A stretch of DNA of 64,000 nucleotides from NCBI GenBank assembly GCA_964057225.1, contig OZ059900.1, positions 9,052,001 through 9,116,000 of the forward strand, in the 5' to 3' direction. The translations under genes were made by a program, and so were the position numbers. Each line of letters opens with the position of its first letter. The first letter of the stretch is position 1. This stretch comes from Auanema rhodensis (Eukaryota > Animalia > Nematoda). Shown here piece after piece: positions 27,901-40,410 of this stretch. The notes beneath the pieces are model-generated. The model did not search any database. It was not told the DNA's origin and worked only from the letters and a program-made list of their open reading frames with translations.

Positions 27901-30900
27901 CAGTATTGAATTGAATTGTTTCGAAAATTTTTATTTCTCTTGAAATTTCAATCGATATCATCTTTTACCTATACATGTTGTTTTGAAAATCAATATGGAA
28001 TTGTCTATAGTTTCGACTGTTACTTGTGATTCTATATAGATCTCTCTTTCTGTTTAATCATTTTCAGTATTGAATTGAATTGTTTCGAAAATTTTTATTT
28101 CTCTTGAAATTTCAATCGATATCATCTCTTCCCTATACATGTTGTTTTGATAATCAATATGGAATTGTCTATAGTTTCGACTGTTACTTGTGATTCTATA
28201 TAGATCTCTCTTTCTGTTTAATCATTTTCAGTATTGAATTGAATTGTTTCGAAAATTTTTATTTCTCTTGAAATTTCAATCGATATCATCTCTTCCCTAT
28301 ACATGTTGTTTTGATAATCAATATGGAATTGTCTATAGTTTCGACTGTTACTTGTGATTCTATATAGATCTCTCTTTCTGTTTAATCATTTTCAGTATTG
28401 AATTGAATTGTTTCGAAAATTTTTATTTCTCTTGAAATTTCAATCGATATCATCTCTTCCCTATACATGTTGTTTTGATAATCAATGTGGAATTGTCTAT
28501 AGTTTTGACTGTTACTTGTGATTCTATATAGATCTCTCTTTCTGTTTAATCATTTTCAGTATTGAATTGAATTGTTTCGAAAATTTTTATTTCTCTTGAA
28601 ATTTCAATCGATATCATCTCTTCCCTATACATGTTGTTTTGATAATCAATATGGAATTGTCTATAGTTTTGACTGTTACTTGTGATTCTATATAGATCTC
28701 TCTTTCTGTTTAATCATTTTCAGTATTGAATTGAATTGTTTCGAAAATTTTTATTTCTCTTGAAATTTCAATCGATATCATCTCTTCCCTATACATGTTG
28801 TTTTGATAATCAATATGGAATTGTCTATAGTTTTGACTGTTACTTGTGATTCTATATAGATCTCTCTTTCTGTTTAATCATTTTCAGTATTGAATTGAAT
28901 TGTTTCGAAAATTTTTATTTCTCTTGAAATTTCAATCGATATCATCTCTTCCCTATACATGTTGTTTTGATAATCAATATGGAATTGTCTATAGTTTCGA
29001 CTGTTACTTGTGATTCTATATAGATCTCTCTTTCTGTTTAATCATTTTCAGTATTGAATTGAATTGTTTCGAAAATTTTTATTTCTCTTGAAATTTCAAT
29101 CGATATCATCTCTTCCCTATACATGTTGTTTTGATAATCAATATGGAATTGTCTATAGTTTCGACTGTTACTTGTGATTCTATATAGATCTCTCTTTCTG
29201 TTTAATCATTTTCAGTATTGAATTGAATTGTTTCGAAAATTTTTATTTCTCTTGAAATTTCAATCGATATCATCTCTTCCCTATACATGTTGTTTTGATA
29301 ATCAATATGGAATTGTCTATAGTTTCGACTGTTACTTGTGATTCTATATAGATCTCTCTTTCTGTTTAATCATTTTCAGTATTGAATTGAATTGTTTCGA
29401 AAATTTTTATTTCTCTTGAAATTTCAATCGATATCATCTCTTCCCTATACATGTTGTTTTGATAATCAATATGGAATTGTCTATAGTTTCGACTGTTACT
29501 TGTGATTCTATATAGATCTCTCTTTCTGTTTAATCATTTTCAGTATTGAATTGAATTGTTTCGAAAATTTTTATTTCTCTTGAAATTTCAATCGATATCA
29601 TCTCTTCCCTATACATGTTGTTTTGATAATCAATATGGAATTGTCTATAGTTTCGACTGTTACTTGTGATTCTATATAGATCTCTCTTTCTGTTTAATCA
29701 TTTTCAGTATTGAATTGAATTGTTTCGAAAATTTTTATTTCTCTTGAAATTTCAATCGATATCATCTCTTCCCTATACATGTTGTTTTGATAATCAATAT
29801 GGAATTGTCTATAGTTTCGACTGTTACTTGTGATTCTATATAGATCTCTCTTTCTGTTTAATCATTTTCAGTATTGAATTGAATTGTTTCGAAAATTTTT
29901 ATTTCTCTTGAAATTTCAATCGATATCATCTCTTCCCTATACATGTTGTTTTGATAATCAATATGGAATTGTCTATAGTTTCGACTGTTACTTGTGATTC
30001 TATATAGATCTCTCTTTCTGTTTAATCATTTTCAGTATTGAATTGAATTGTTTCGAAAATTTTTATTTCTCTTGAAATTTCAATCGATATCATCTCTTCC
30101 CTATACATGTTGTTTTGATAATCAATATGGAATTGTCTATAGTTTCGACTGTTACTTGTGATTCTATATAGATCTCTCTTTCTGTTTAATCATTTTCAGT
30201 ATTGAATTGAATTGTTTCGAAAATTTTTATTTCTCTTGAAATTTCAATCGATATCATCTCTTCCCTATACATGTTGTTTTGATAATCAATATGGAATTGT
30301 CTATAGTTTCGACTGTTACTTGTGATTCTATATAGATCTCTCTTTCTGTTTAATCATTTTCAGTATTGAATTGAATTGTTTCGAAAATTTTTATTTCTCT
30401 TGAAATTTCAATCGATATCATCTCTTCCCTATACATGTTGTTTTGATAATCAATATGGAATTGTCTATAGTTTTGACTGTTACTTGTGATTCTATATAGA
30501 TCTCTCTTTCTGTTTAATCATTTTCAGTATTGAATTGAATTGTTTCGAAAATTTTTATTTCTCTTGAAATTTCAATCGATATCATCTCTTCCCTATACAT
30601 GTTGTTTTGATAATCAATATGGAATTGTCTATAGTTTCGACTGTTACTTGTGATTCTATATAGATCTCTCTTTCTGTTTAATCATTTTCAGTATTGAATT
30701 GAATTGTTTCGAAAATTTTTATTTCTCTTGAAATTTCAATCGATATCATCTCTTCCCTATACATGTTGTTTTGATAATCAATATGGAATTGTCTATAGTT
30801 TTGACTGTTACTTGTGATTCTATATAGATCTCTCTTTCTGTTTAATCATTTTCAGTATTGAATTGAATTGTTTCGAAAATTTTTATTTCTCTTGAAATTT

Positions 30901-33900
30901 CAATCGATATCATCTCTTCCCTATACATGTTGTTTTGATAATCAATATGGAATTGTCTATAGTTTTGACTGTTACTTGTGATTCTATATAGATCTCTCTT
31001 TCTGTTTAATCATTTTCAGTATTGAATTGAATTGTTTCGAAAATTTTTATTTCTCTTGAAATTTCAATCGATATCATCTCTTCCCTATACATGTTGTTTT
31101 GATAATCAATATGGAATTGTCTATAGTTTTGACTGTTACTTGTGATTCTATATAGATCTCTCTTTCTGTTTAATCATTTTCAGTATTGAATTGAATTGTT
31201 TCGAAAATTTTTATTTCTCTTGAAATTTCAATCGATATCATCTCTTCCCTATACATGTTGTTTTGATAATCAATATGGAATTGTCTATAGTTTTGACTGT
31301 TACTTGTGATTCTATATAGATCTCTCTTTCTGTTTAATCATTTTCAGTATTGAATTGAATTGTTTCGAAAATTTTTATTTCTCTTGAAATTTCAATCGAT
31401 ATCATCTCTTCCCTATACATGTTGTTTTGATAATCAATATGGAATTGTCTATAGTTTCGACTGTTACTTGTGATTCTATATAGATCTCTCTTTCTGTTTA
31501 ATCATTTTCAGTATTGAATTGAATTGTTTCGAAAATTTTTATTTCTCTTGAAATTTCAATCGATATCATCTCTTCCCTATACATGTTGTTTTGATAATCA
31601 ATATGGAATTGTCTATAGTTTCGACTGTTACTTGTGATTCTATATAGATCTCTCTTTCTGTTTAATCATTTTCAGTATTGAATTGAATTGTTTCGAAAAT
31701 TTTTATTTCTCTTGAAATTTCAATCGATATCATCTCTTCCCTATACATGTTGTTTTGATAATCAATATGGAATTGTCTATAGTTTTGACTGTTACTTGTG
31801 ATTCTATATAGATCTCTCTTTCTGTTTAATCATTTTCAGTATTGAATTGAATTGTTTCGAAAATTTTTATTTCTCTTGAAATTTCAATCGATATCATCTC
31901 TTCCCTATACATGTTGTTTTGATAATCAATATGGAATTGTCTATAGTTTCGACTGTTACTTGTGATTCTATATAGATCTCTCTTTCTGTTTAATCATTTT
32001 CAGTATTGAATTGAATTGTTTCGAAAATTTTTATTTCTCTTGAAATTTCAATCGATATCATCTCTTCCCTATACATGTTGTTTTGATAATCAATATGGAA
32101 TTGTCTATAGTTTCGACTGTTACTTGTGATTCTATATAGATCTCTCTTTCTGTTTAATCATTTTCAGTATTGAATTGAATTGTTTCGAAAATTTTTATTT
32201 CTCTTGAAATTTCAATCGATATCATCTCTTCCCTATACATGTTGTTTTGATAATCAATATGGAATTGTCTATAGTTTCGACTGTTACTTGTGATTCTATA
32301 TAGATCTCTCTTTCTGTTTAATCATTTTCAGTATTGAATTGAATTGTTTCGAAAATTTTTATTTCTCTTGAAATTTCAATCGATATCATCTCTTCCCTAT
32401 ACATGTTGTTTTGATAATCAATATGGAATTGTCTATAGTTTCGACTGTTACTTGTGATTCTATATAGATCTCTCTTTCTGTTTAATCATTTTCAGTATTG
32501 AATTGAATTGTTTCGAAAATTTTTATTTCTCTTGAAATTTCAATCGATATCATCTCTTCCCTATACATGTTGTTTTGATAATCATTATGGAATTGTCTAT
32601 AGTTTTGACTGTTACTTGTGATTCTATATAGATCTCTCTTTCTGTTTAATCATTTTCAGTATTGAATTGAATTGTTTCGAAAATTTTTATTTCTCTTGAA
32701 ATTTCAATCGATATCATCTCTTCCCTATACATGTTGTTTTGAAAATCAATATGGAATTGTCTATAGTTTTGACTGTTACTTGTGATTCTATATAGATCTC
32801 TCTTTCTGTTTAATCATTTTCAGTATTGAATTGAATTGTTTCGAAAATTTTTATTTCTCTTGAAATTTCAATCGATATCATCTCTTCCCTATACATGTTG
32901 TTTTGATAATCAATATGGAATTGTCTATAGTTTCGACTGTTACTTGTGATTCTATATAGATCTCTCTTTCTGTTTAATCATTTTCAGTATTGAATTAAAT
33001 TGTTTCGAAAATTTTTATTTCTCTTGAAATTTCAATCGATATCATCTCTTCCCTATACATGTTGTTTTGATAATCAATATGGAATTGTCTATAGTTTTGA
33101 CTGTTACTTGTGATTCTATATAGATCTCTCTTTCTGTTTAATCATTTTCAGTATTGAATTAAATTGTTTCGAAAATTTTTATTTCTCTTGAAATTTCAAT
33201 CGATATCATCTCTTCCCTATACATGTTGTTTTGATAATCAATATGGAATTGTCTATAGTTTCGACTGTTACTTGTGATTCTATATAGATCTCTCTTTCTG
33301 TTTAATCATTTTCAGTATTGATTTGAATTGTTTCGAAAATTTTTATTTCTCTTGAAATTTCAATCGATATCATCTCTTACCTATACATGTTGTTTTGAAA
33401 ATCAATATGGAATTATCTATAGTTTTGACTGTTACTTGTGATTCTATACAGATCTCTCTTTCTGTTTAATCATTTTCAGTATTGAATTGAATTGTTTCGA
33501 AAATTTTTATTTCTCTTGAAATTTCAATCGATATCATCTCTTCCCTATACATGTTGTTTTGATAATCAATATGGAATTGTCTATAGTTTCGACTGTTACT
33601 TGTGATTCTATATAGATCTCTCTTTCTGTTTAATCATTTTCAGTATTGAATTAAATTGTTTCGAAAATTTTTATTTCTCTTGAAATTTCAATCGATATCA
33701 TCTCTTCCCTATACATGTTGTTTTGATAATCAATATGGAATTGTCTATAGTTTCGACTGTTACTTGTGATTCTATATAGATCTCTCTTTCTGTTTAATCA
33801 TTTTCAGTATTGAATTGAATTGTTTCGAAAATTTTTATTTCTCTTGAAATTTCAATCGATATCATCTCTTACCTATACATGTTGTTTTGAAAATCAATAT

Positions 33901-36900
33901 GGAATTATCTATAGTTTTGACTGTTACTTGTGATTCTATATAGATCTCTCTTTCTGTTTAATCATTTTCAGTATTGAATTGAATTGTTTCGAAAATTTTT
34001 ATTTCTCTTGAAATTTCAATCGATATCATCTCTTACCTATACATGTTGTTTTGAAAATCAATATGGAATTATCTATAGTTTTGACTGTTACTTGTGATTC
34101 TATATAGATCTCTCTTTCTGTTTAATCATTTTCAGTATTGAATTGAATTGTTTCGAAAATTTTTATTTCTCTTGAAATTTCAATCGATATCATCTCTTAC
34201 CTATACATGTTGTTTTGAAAATCAATATGGAATTATCTATAGTTTTGACTGTTACTTGTGATTCTATATAGATCTCTCTTTCTGTTTAATCATTTTCAGT
34301 ATTGAATTGAATTGTTTCGAAAATTTTTATTTCTCTTGAAATTTCAATCGATATCATCTCTTACCTATACATGTTGTTTTGAAAATCAATATGGAATTAT
34401 CTATAGTTTTTACTTTTACTTGTGATTCTATATAGATCTCTCTTTCTGTTTAATCATTTTCAGTATTGAATTGAATTGTTTCGAAAATTTTTATTTCTCT
34501 TGAAATTTCAATCGATATCATCTCTTACCTATACATGTTGTTTTGAAAATCAATATGGAATTATCTATAGTTTTTACTTTTACTTGTGATTCTATATAGA
34601 TCTCTCTTTCTGTTTAATCATTTTCAGTATTGAATTGAATTGTTTCGAAAATTTTTATTTCTCTTGAAATTTCAATCGATATCATCTCTTACCTATACAT
34701 GTTGTTTTGAAAATCAATATGGAATTATCTATAGTTTTGACTGTTACTTGTGATTCTATATAGATCTCTCTTTCTGTTTAATCATTTTCAGTATTGAATT
34801 GAATTGTTTCGAAAATTTTTATTTCTCTTGAAATTTCAATCGATATCATCTCTTACCTATACATGTTGTTTTGAAAATCAATATGGAATTATCTATAGTT
34901 TTGACTGTTACTTGTGATTCTATATAGATCTCTCTTTCTGTTTAATCATTTTCAGTATTGAATTGAATTGTTTCGAAAATTTTTATTTCTCTTGAAATTT
35001 CAATCGATATCATCTCTTACCTATACATGTTGTTTTGAAAATCAATATGGAATTATCTATAGTTTTGACTGTTACTTGTGATTCTATACAGATCTCTCTT
35101 TCTGTTTAATCATTTTCAGTATTGAATTGAATTGTTTCGAAAATTTTTATTTCTCTTGAAATTTCAATCGATATCATCTCTTACCTATACATGTTGTTTT
35201 GAAAATCAATATGGAATTATCTATAGTTTTGACTGTTACTTGTGATTCTATATAGATCTCTCTTTCTGTTTAATCATTTTCAGTATTGAATTGAATTGTT
35301 TCGAAAATTTTTATTTCTCTTGAAATTTCAATCGATATCATCTCTTACCTATACATGTTGTTTTGAAAATCAATATGGAATTATCTATAGTTTTGACTGT
35401 TACTTGTGATTCTATACAGATCTCTCTTTCTGTTTAATCATTTTCAGTATTGAATTGAATTGTTTCGAAAATTTTTATTTCTCTTGAAATTTCAATCGAT
35501 ATCATCTCTTACCTATACATGTTGTTTTGAAAATCAATATGGAATTATCTATAGTTTTGACTGTTACTTGTGATTCTATATAGATCTCTCTTTCTGTTTA
35601 ATCATTTTCAGTATTGAATTGAATTGTTTCGAAAATTTTTATTTCTCTTGAAATTTCAATCGATATCATCTCTTACCTATACATGTTGTTTTGAAAATCA
35701 ATATGGAATTATCTATAGTTTTGACTGTTACTTGTGATTCTATACAGATCTCTCTTTCTGTTTAATCATTTTCAGTATTGAATTGAATTGTTTCGAAAAT
35801 TTTTATTTCTCTTGAAATTTCAATCGATATCATCTCTTACCTATACATGTTGTTTTGAAAATCAATATGGAATTATCTATAGTTTTGACTATTACTTGTG
35901 ATTCTATACAGATCTCTCTTTCTGTTTAATCATTTTCAGTATTGAATTGAATTGTTTCGAAAATTTTTATTTCTCTTGAAATTTCAATCGATATCATCTC
36001 TTACCTATACATGTTGTTTTGAAAATCAATATGGAATTATCTATAGTTTTGACTGTTACTTGTGATTCTATACAGATCTCTCTTTCTGTTTAATCATTTT
36101 CAGTATTGAATTGAATTGTTTCGAAAATTTTTATTTCTCTTGAAATTTCAATCGATATCATCTCTTACCTATACATGTTGTTTTGAAAATCAATATGGAA
36201 TTATCTATAGTTTTGACTGTTACTTGTGATTCTATATAGATCTCTCTTTCTGTTTAATCATTTTCAGTATTGAATTGAATTGTTTCGAAAATTTTTATTT
36301 CTCTTGAAATTTCAATCGATATCATCTCTTACCTATACATGTTGTTTTGAAAATCAATATGGAATTATCTATAGTTTTGACTGTTACTTGTGATTCTATA
36401 TAGATCTCTCTTTCTGTTTAATCATTTTCAGTATTGAATTGAATTGTTTCGAAAATTTTTATTTCTCTTGAAATTTCAATCGATATCATCTCTTACCTAT
36501 ACATGTTGTTTTGAAAATTTTTATTTCTCTTGAAATTTCAATCGATATCATCTCTTACCTATACATGTTGTTTTGAAAATCAATATGGAATTATCTATAG
36601 TTTTGACTGTTACTTGTGATTCTATACAGATCTCTCTTTCTGTTTAATCATTTTCAGTATTGAATTGAATTGTTTCGAAAATTTTTATTTCTCTTGAAAT
36701 TTCAATCGATATCATCTCTTACCTATACATGTTGTTTTGAAAATCAATATGGAATTATCTATAGTTTTGACTATTACTTGTGATTCTATACAGATCTCTC
36801 TTTCTGTTTAATCATTTTCAGTATTGAATTGAATTGTTTCGAAAATTTTTATTTCTCTTGAAATTTCAATCGATATCATCTCTTACCTATACATGTTGTT

Positions 36901-38588
36901 TTGAAAATCAATATGGAATTATCTATAGTTTTGACTATTACTTGTGATTCTATACAGATCTCTCTTTCTGTTTAATCATTTTCAGTATTGAATTGAATTG
37001 TTTCGAAAATTTTTATTTCTCTTGAAATTTCAATCGATATCATCTCTTACCTATACATGTTGTTTTGAAAATCAATATGGAATTATCTATAGTTTTGACT
37101 GTTACTTGTGATTCTATACAGATCTCTCTTTCTGTTTAATCATTTTCAGTATTGAATTGAATTGTTTCGAAAATTTTTATTTCTCTTGAAATTTCAATCG
37201 ATATCATCTCTTACCTATACATGTTGTTTTGAAAATCAATATGGAATTATCTATAGTTTTGACTGTTACTTGTGATTCTATATAGATCTCTCTTTCTGTT
37301 TAATCATTTTCAGTATTGAATTGAATTGTTTCGAAAATTTTTATTTCTCTTGAAATTTCAATCGATATCATCTCTTACCTATACATGTTGTTTTGAAAAT
37401 CAATATGGAATTATCTATAGTTTTGACTGTTACTTGTGATTCTATATAGATCTCTCTTTCTGTTTAATCATTTTCAGTATTGAATTGAATTGTTTCGAAA
37501 ATTTTTATTTCTCTTGAAATTTCAATCGATATCATCTCTTACCTATACATGTTGTTTTGAAAATCAATATGGAATTATCTATAGTTTTGACTGTTACTTG
37601 TGATTCTATATAGATCTCTCTTTCTGTTTAATCATTTTCAGTATTGAATTGAATTGTTTCGAAAATTTTTATTTCTCTTGAAATTTCAATCGATATCATC
37701 TCTTACCTATACATGTTGTTTTGAAAATCAATATGGAATTATCTATAGTTTTGACTGTTACTTGTGATTCTATATAGATCTCTCTTTCTGTTTAATCATT
37801 TTCAGTATTGAATTGAATTGTTTCGAAAATTTTTATTTCTCTTGAAATTTCAATCGATATCATCTCTTACCTATACATGTTGTTTTGAAAATCAATATGG
37901 AATTATCTATAGTTTTGACTGTTACTTGTGATTCTATATAGATCTCTCTTTCTGTTTAATCATTTTCAGTATTGAATTGAATTGTTTCGAAAATTTTTAT
38001 TTCTCTTGAAATTTCAATCGATATCATCTCTTACCTATACATGTTGTTTTGAAAATCAATATGGAATTATCTATAGTTTTGACTGTTACTTGTGATTCTA
38101 TATAGATCTCTCTTTCTGTTTAATCATTTTCAGTATTGATTTGAATTGTTTCGAAAATTTTTATTTCTCTTGAAATTTCAATCGATATCATCTCTTACCT
38201 ATACATGTTGTTTTGAAAATCAATATGGAATTATCTATAGTTTTGACTGTTACTTGTGATTCTATACAGATCTCTCTTTCTGTTTAATCATTTTCAGTAT
38301 TGATTTGAATTGTTTCGAAAATTTTTATTTCTCTTGAAATTTCAATCGATATCATCTCTTACCTATACATGTTGTTTTGAAAATCAATATGGAATTATCT
38401 ATAGTTTTGACTGTTACTTGTGATTCTATACAGATCTCTCTTTCTGTTTAATCATTTTCAGTATTGAATTGAATTGTTTCGAAAATTTTTATTTCTCTTG
38501 AAATTTCAATCGATATCATCTCTTCCCTATACATGTTGTTTTGATAATCAATATGGAATTGTCTATAGTTTTAACTGTTACTTGTGAT
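901..38588 (+). repeat. 164-bp tandem satellite, left array (~230 monomers)
   Basis: Representative monomer: gaattgaattgtttcgaaaatttttatttctcttgaaatttcaatcgatatcatctcttccctatacatgttgttttgaaaatcaatatggaattgtctatagttttgactgttacttgtgattctatatagatctctctttctgtttaatcattttcagtatt. The tcg of ttcgaa is in exact 164 phase: 942 to 8978 (49 units), 9061 to 36449 (167 units), 36675 to 38479 (11 units). There is one 83-bp unit and one 226-bp unit. Confidence 0.99.
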
Positions 38589-39110
38589 CGATTGAAATTT
38601 CGAGAAAAATAAAAATTTTCGAAACAATTCATTTCAATACTGAAGATGATTAAACAGAAAGAGAGATCTATAGAGAATCACAAGTAACAGTCGGAACTAT
38701 AAACATTTCCATATTGATTATCAAAACAACATGTATAGGGAAGAGATGATATCGATTGAAATTTCAAGAGAAATAAAAATTTTCGAAACAATTCAATTCA
38801 ATACTGAAAATGATTAAACAGAAAGAGAGATCTATAGAGAATTACAAGTAACAGTCAAAACTATAGACAATTCCATATTGATTATCAAAACAACATGTAT
38901 AGGTAAAAGATGATATCGATTGAAATTTCAAGAGAAATAAAAATTTTCGAAACAATTCAATTCAATACTGAAAATGATTAAACAGAAAGAGAGATCTATA
39001 GAGAATTACAAGTAACAGTCAAAACTATAGATAATTCCATATTGATTTTCAAAACAACATCTATAGGGAAGAGATGATATCGATTGAAATTTCAACAAAA
39101 ATTAAAATTT
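38587..39110 (-). repeat. Inverted block of the same 164-bp satellite (~3.2 monomers)
   Basis: Reverse-complement monomers (gatatcgattgaaatttcaagagaaataaaaattttcgaaacaattcaattcaatactg...). The orientation switches at gtgAT|cgattg with a 2-bp AT overlap. Confidence 0.98.
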
Positions 39111-39314
39111 GATTTGATTTGATAAATTTGAAAGAAAAGTATGTGTTGTCTTTACTTTTATTTAATTTTTTATTGTTTCAATCTCATTCTTTTCATGAGC
39201 GCCATTAAAATTAACAAAGATATCGTTTTAAAAGAAGACAATGTTCATCTAAAATAATCTTGTTGTCTGTCCTCGATTGTGACAACAGAAGACTTACACT
39301 TTCCATCTAGATTT

Positions 39315-39344
39315 GGGTCGGCCGGGTCGCGAGCGAATAAATAG
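39315..39344 (+). promoter_or_regulatory. Candidate core promoter of gene A: GC-rich GGGTCG-gcc-GGGTCG followed by TATA-like ATAAATAG
   Basis: The most GC/CpG-rich non-coding patch in the cassette, ~180-205 bp upstream of the ATG. A polypyrimidine acceptor (ttttatttttttag, AG at 39433-39434) lies between it and the ATG and may be a 5'UTR intron or trans-splice acceptor. Confidence 0.35.
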
Positions 39345-39521
39345 CTCGATCGAATGCCACCTTCTCTCTTTTTTTCCTTCCTGTATTTCGATTTGGTGGC
39401 TGTTTCCTAGTAACCACACCTTTTATTTTTTTAGATTGGAATTAAGATCGATCATAATAAAAATTGTTCATATTCCTAGCGAAGAAGCATTTAAATACGC
39501 TAAAATTGTCCCGGCGAATAT

Positions 39522-40290
39522 ATGAAGAAAATACTCGCCATTTATCTCTACCTTGTGAACCATTTACATGCAGGTATTATAGTTAGATTATATAGTTTCA
39601 TAAATGAAAAGGTCATGTTTTGGCTGAAATTTGTTTTTTTCAGGCAGCACCAACGATGCTACTTACTTCTCTACATCAACGGCTTCTTCGCTAGACAGCT
39701 CTATTTCGTCTGTAGAAGCGACCGCTCCATCTTCAGCCTTCGACATGAACGAACAGTTGGCAAAGATAGCTAACATCTGCCTGACCCGTTCCGAGCACGA
39801 GCAGCTGACGGGTGGCCTTCTTCGATACAGGATAGCGCGACCGTTTAATTTTGTTTTGATAAACGAAGCGCAAGCTGTCATTGGTCTTGAAGAGCTACGT
39901 GCTGTGTTAGGCTTTGCCCCACCCGGAAATTGGACATACTATAAGGAACCCACGAGAGAGGAAATCGCAGCCGCCCTCAATATCGAGGAGTACTACGAGC
40001 TGATGGAACCGCGCAGTACCTGGCGTAGCCTCAATAGCACGTATTTCTTTGAAAAAAACTTCCCTCCCGCCATAGCGTTCTTAGACATTCGAATCCCAGA
40101 AATTCGTACCATTTATCGACATAAATTTGAAGAAATCCATCGTCGTCATGATCCAAAAGGGATAACAGACAAGAAAGAGGTTGATAGCATGATTGACAGT
40201 TTTAAACCCACATGGGAAAGAATCAGCAAAGCAATTGATAATATCTATTATGTAAATCATGGATGCCTGAATAACAACGGATTGCCTTAA
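39522..40290 (+). CDS. Gene A: two-exon gene, join(39522..39573,39644..40290), 232-aa putative secreted protein of unrecognised family
   Basis: Exon 1 encodes MKKILAIYLYLVNHLHA plus G, ending CAG|GTATTA. Exon 2 follows TTTTTTTCAG|. The phase-1 junction G|GC (Gly) joins in frame to STNDATYF...NGLP*. The N-terminus is signal-peptide-like, exon 2 is visibly more GC-rich than the flanks, AATAAA lies downstream, and the frame is preserved in the diverged twin copy. Confidence 0.85.
39574..39643 (+). other. 70-nt GT-AG intron of gene A
   Basis: gtattat...gtttttttcag; AT-rich; removing it fuses ORF 39522.. with ORF 39631..40290 in frame. Confidence 0.82.
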
Positions 40291-40356
40291 CATTGATAAT
40301 ATATTGTTATATGCATAATACATTGTATATTGTTTACTAGTGTATTGTAAATCGGA

Positions 40357-40362
40357 AATAAA
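40357..40362 (+). terminator. AATAAA polyadenylation signal of gene A
   Basis: Canonical hexamer 66 bp after the TAA stop, followed by T-rich sequence. Confidence 0.6.
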
Positions 40363-40410
40363 TGCTTTTAACGAATTTTTATTTCTACACGCATTAATGT
40401 CAAAACTGAA

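Noticed and set aside
901-38588. CRISPR array
   Set aside because: Whole units are near-identical with no unique spacers, and no cas genes are present; this is a satellite.
39313-39525. 70-aa upstream ORF (and mirror 41423-41635)
   Set aside because: It has a non-ATG start, runs through promoter-like and polypyrimidine sequence, and is identical in both arms only because the DNA is duplicated.
39631-39643. TTG start (MFFS) of the 219-aa and 221-aa ORFs
   Set aside because: It lies in the intron's polypyrimidine tract and acceptor. The spliced ATG model at 39522 (mirror 41426) is better supported.
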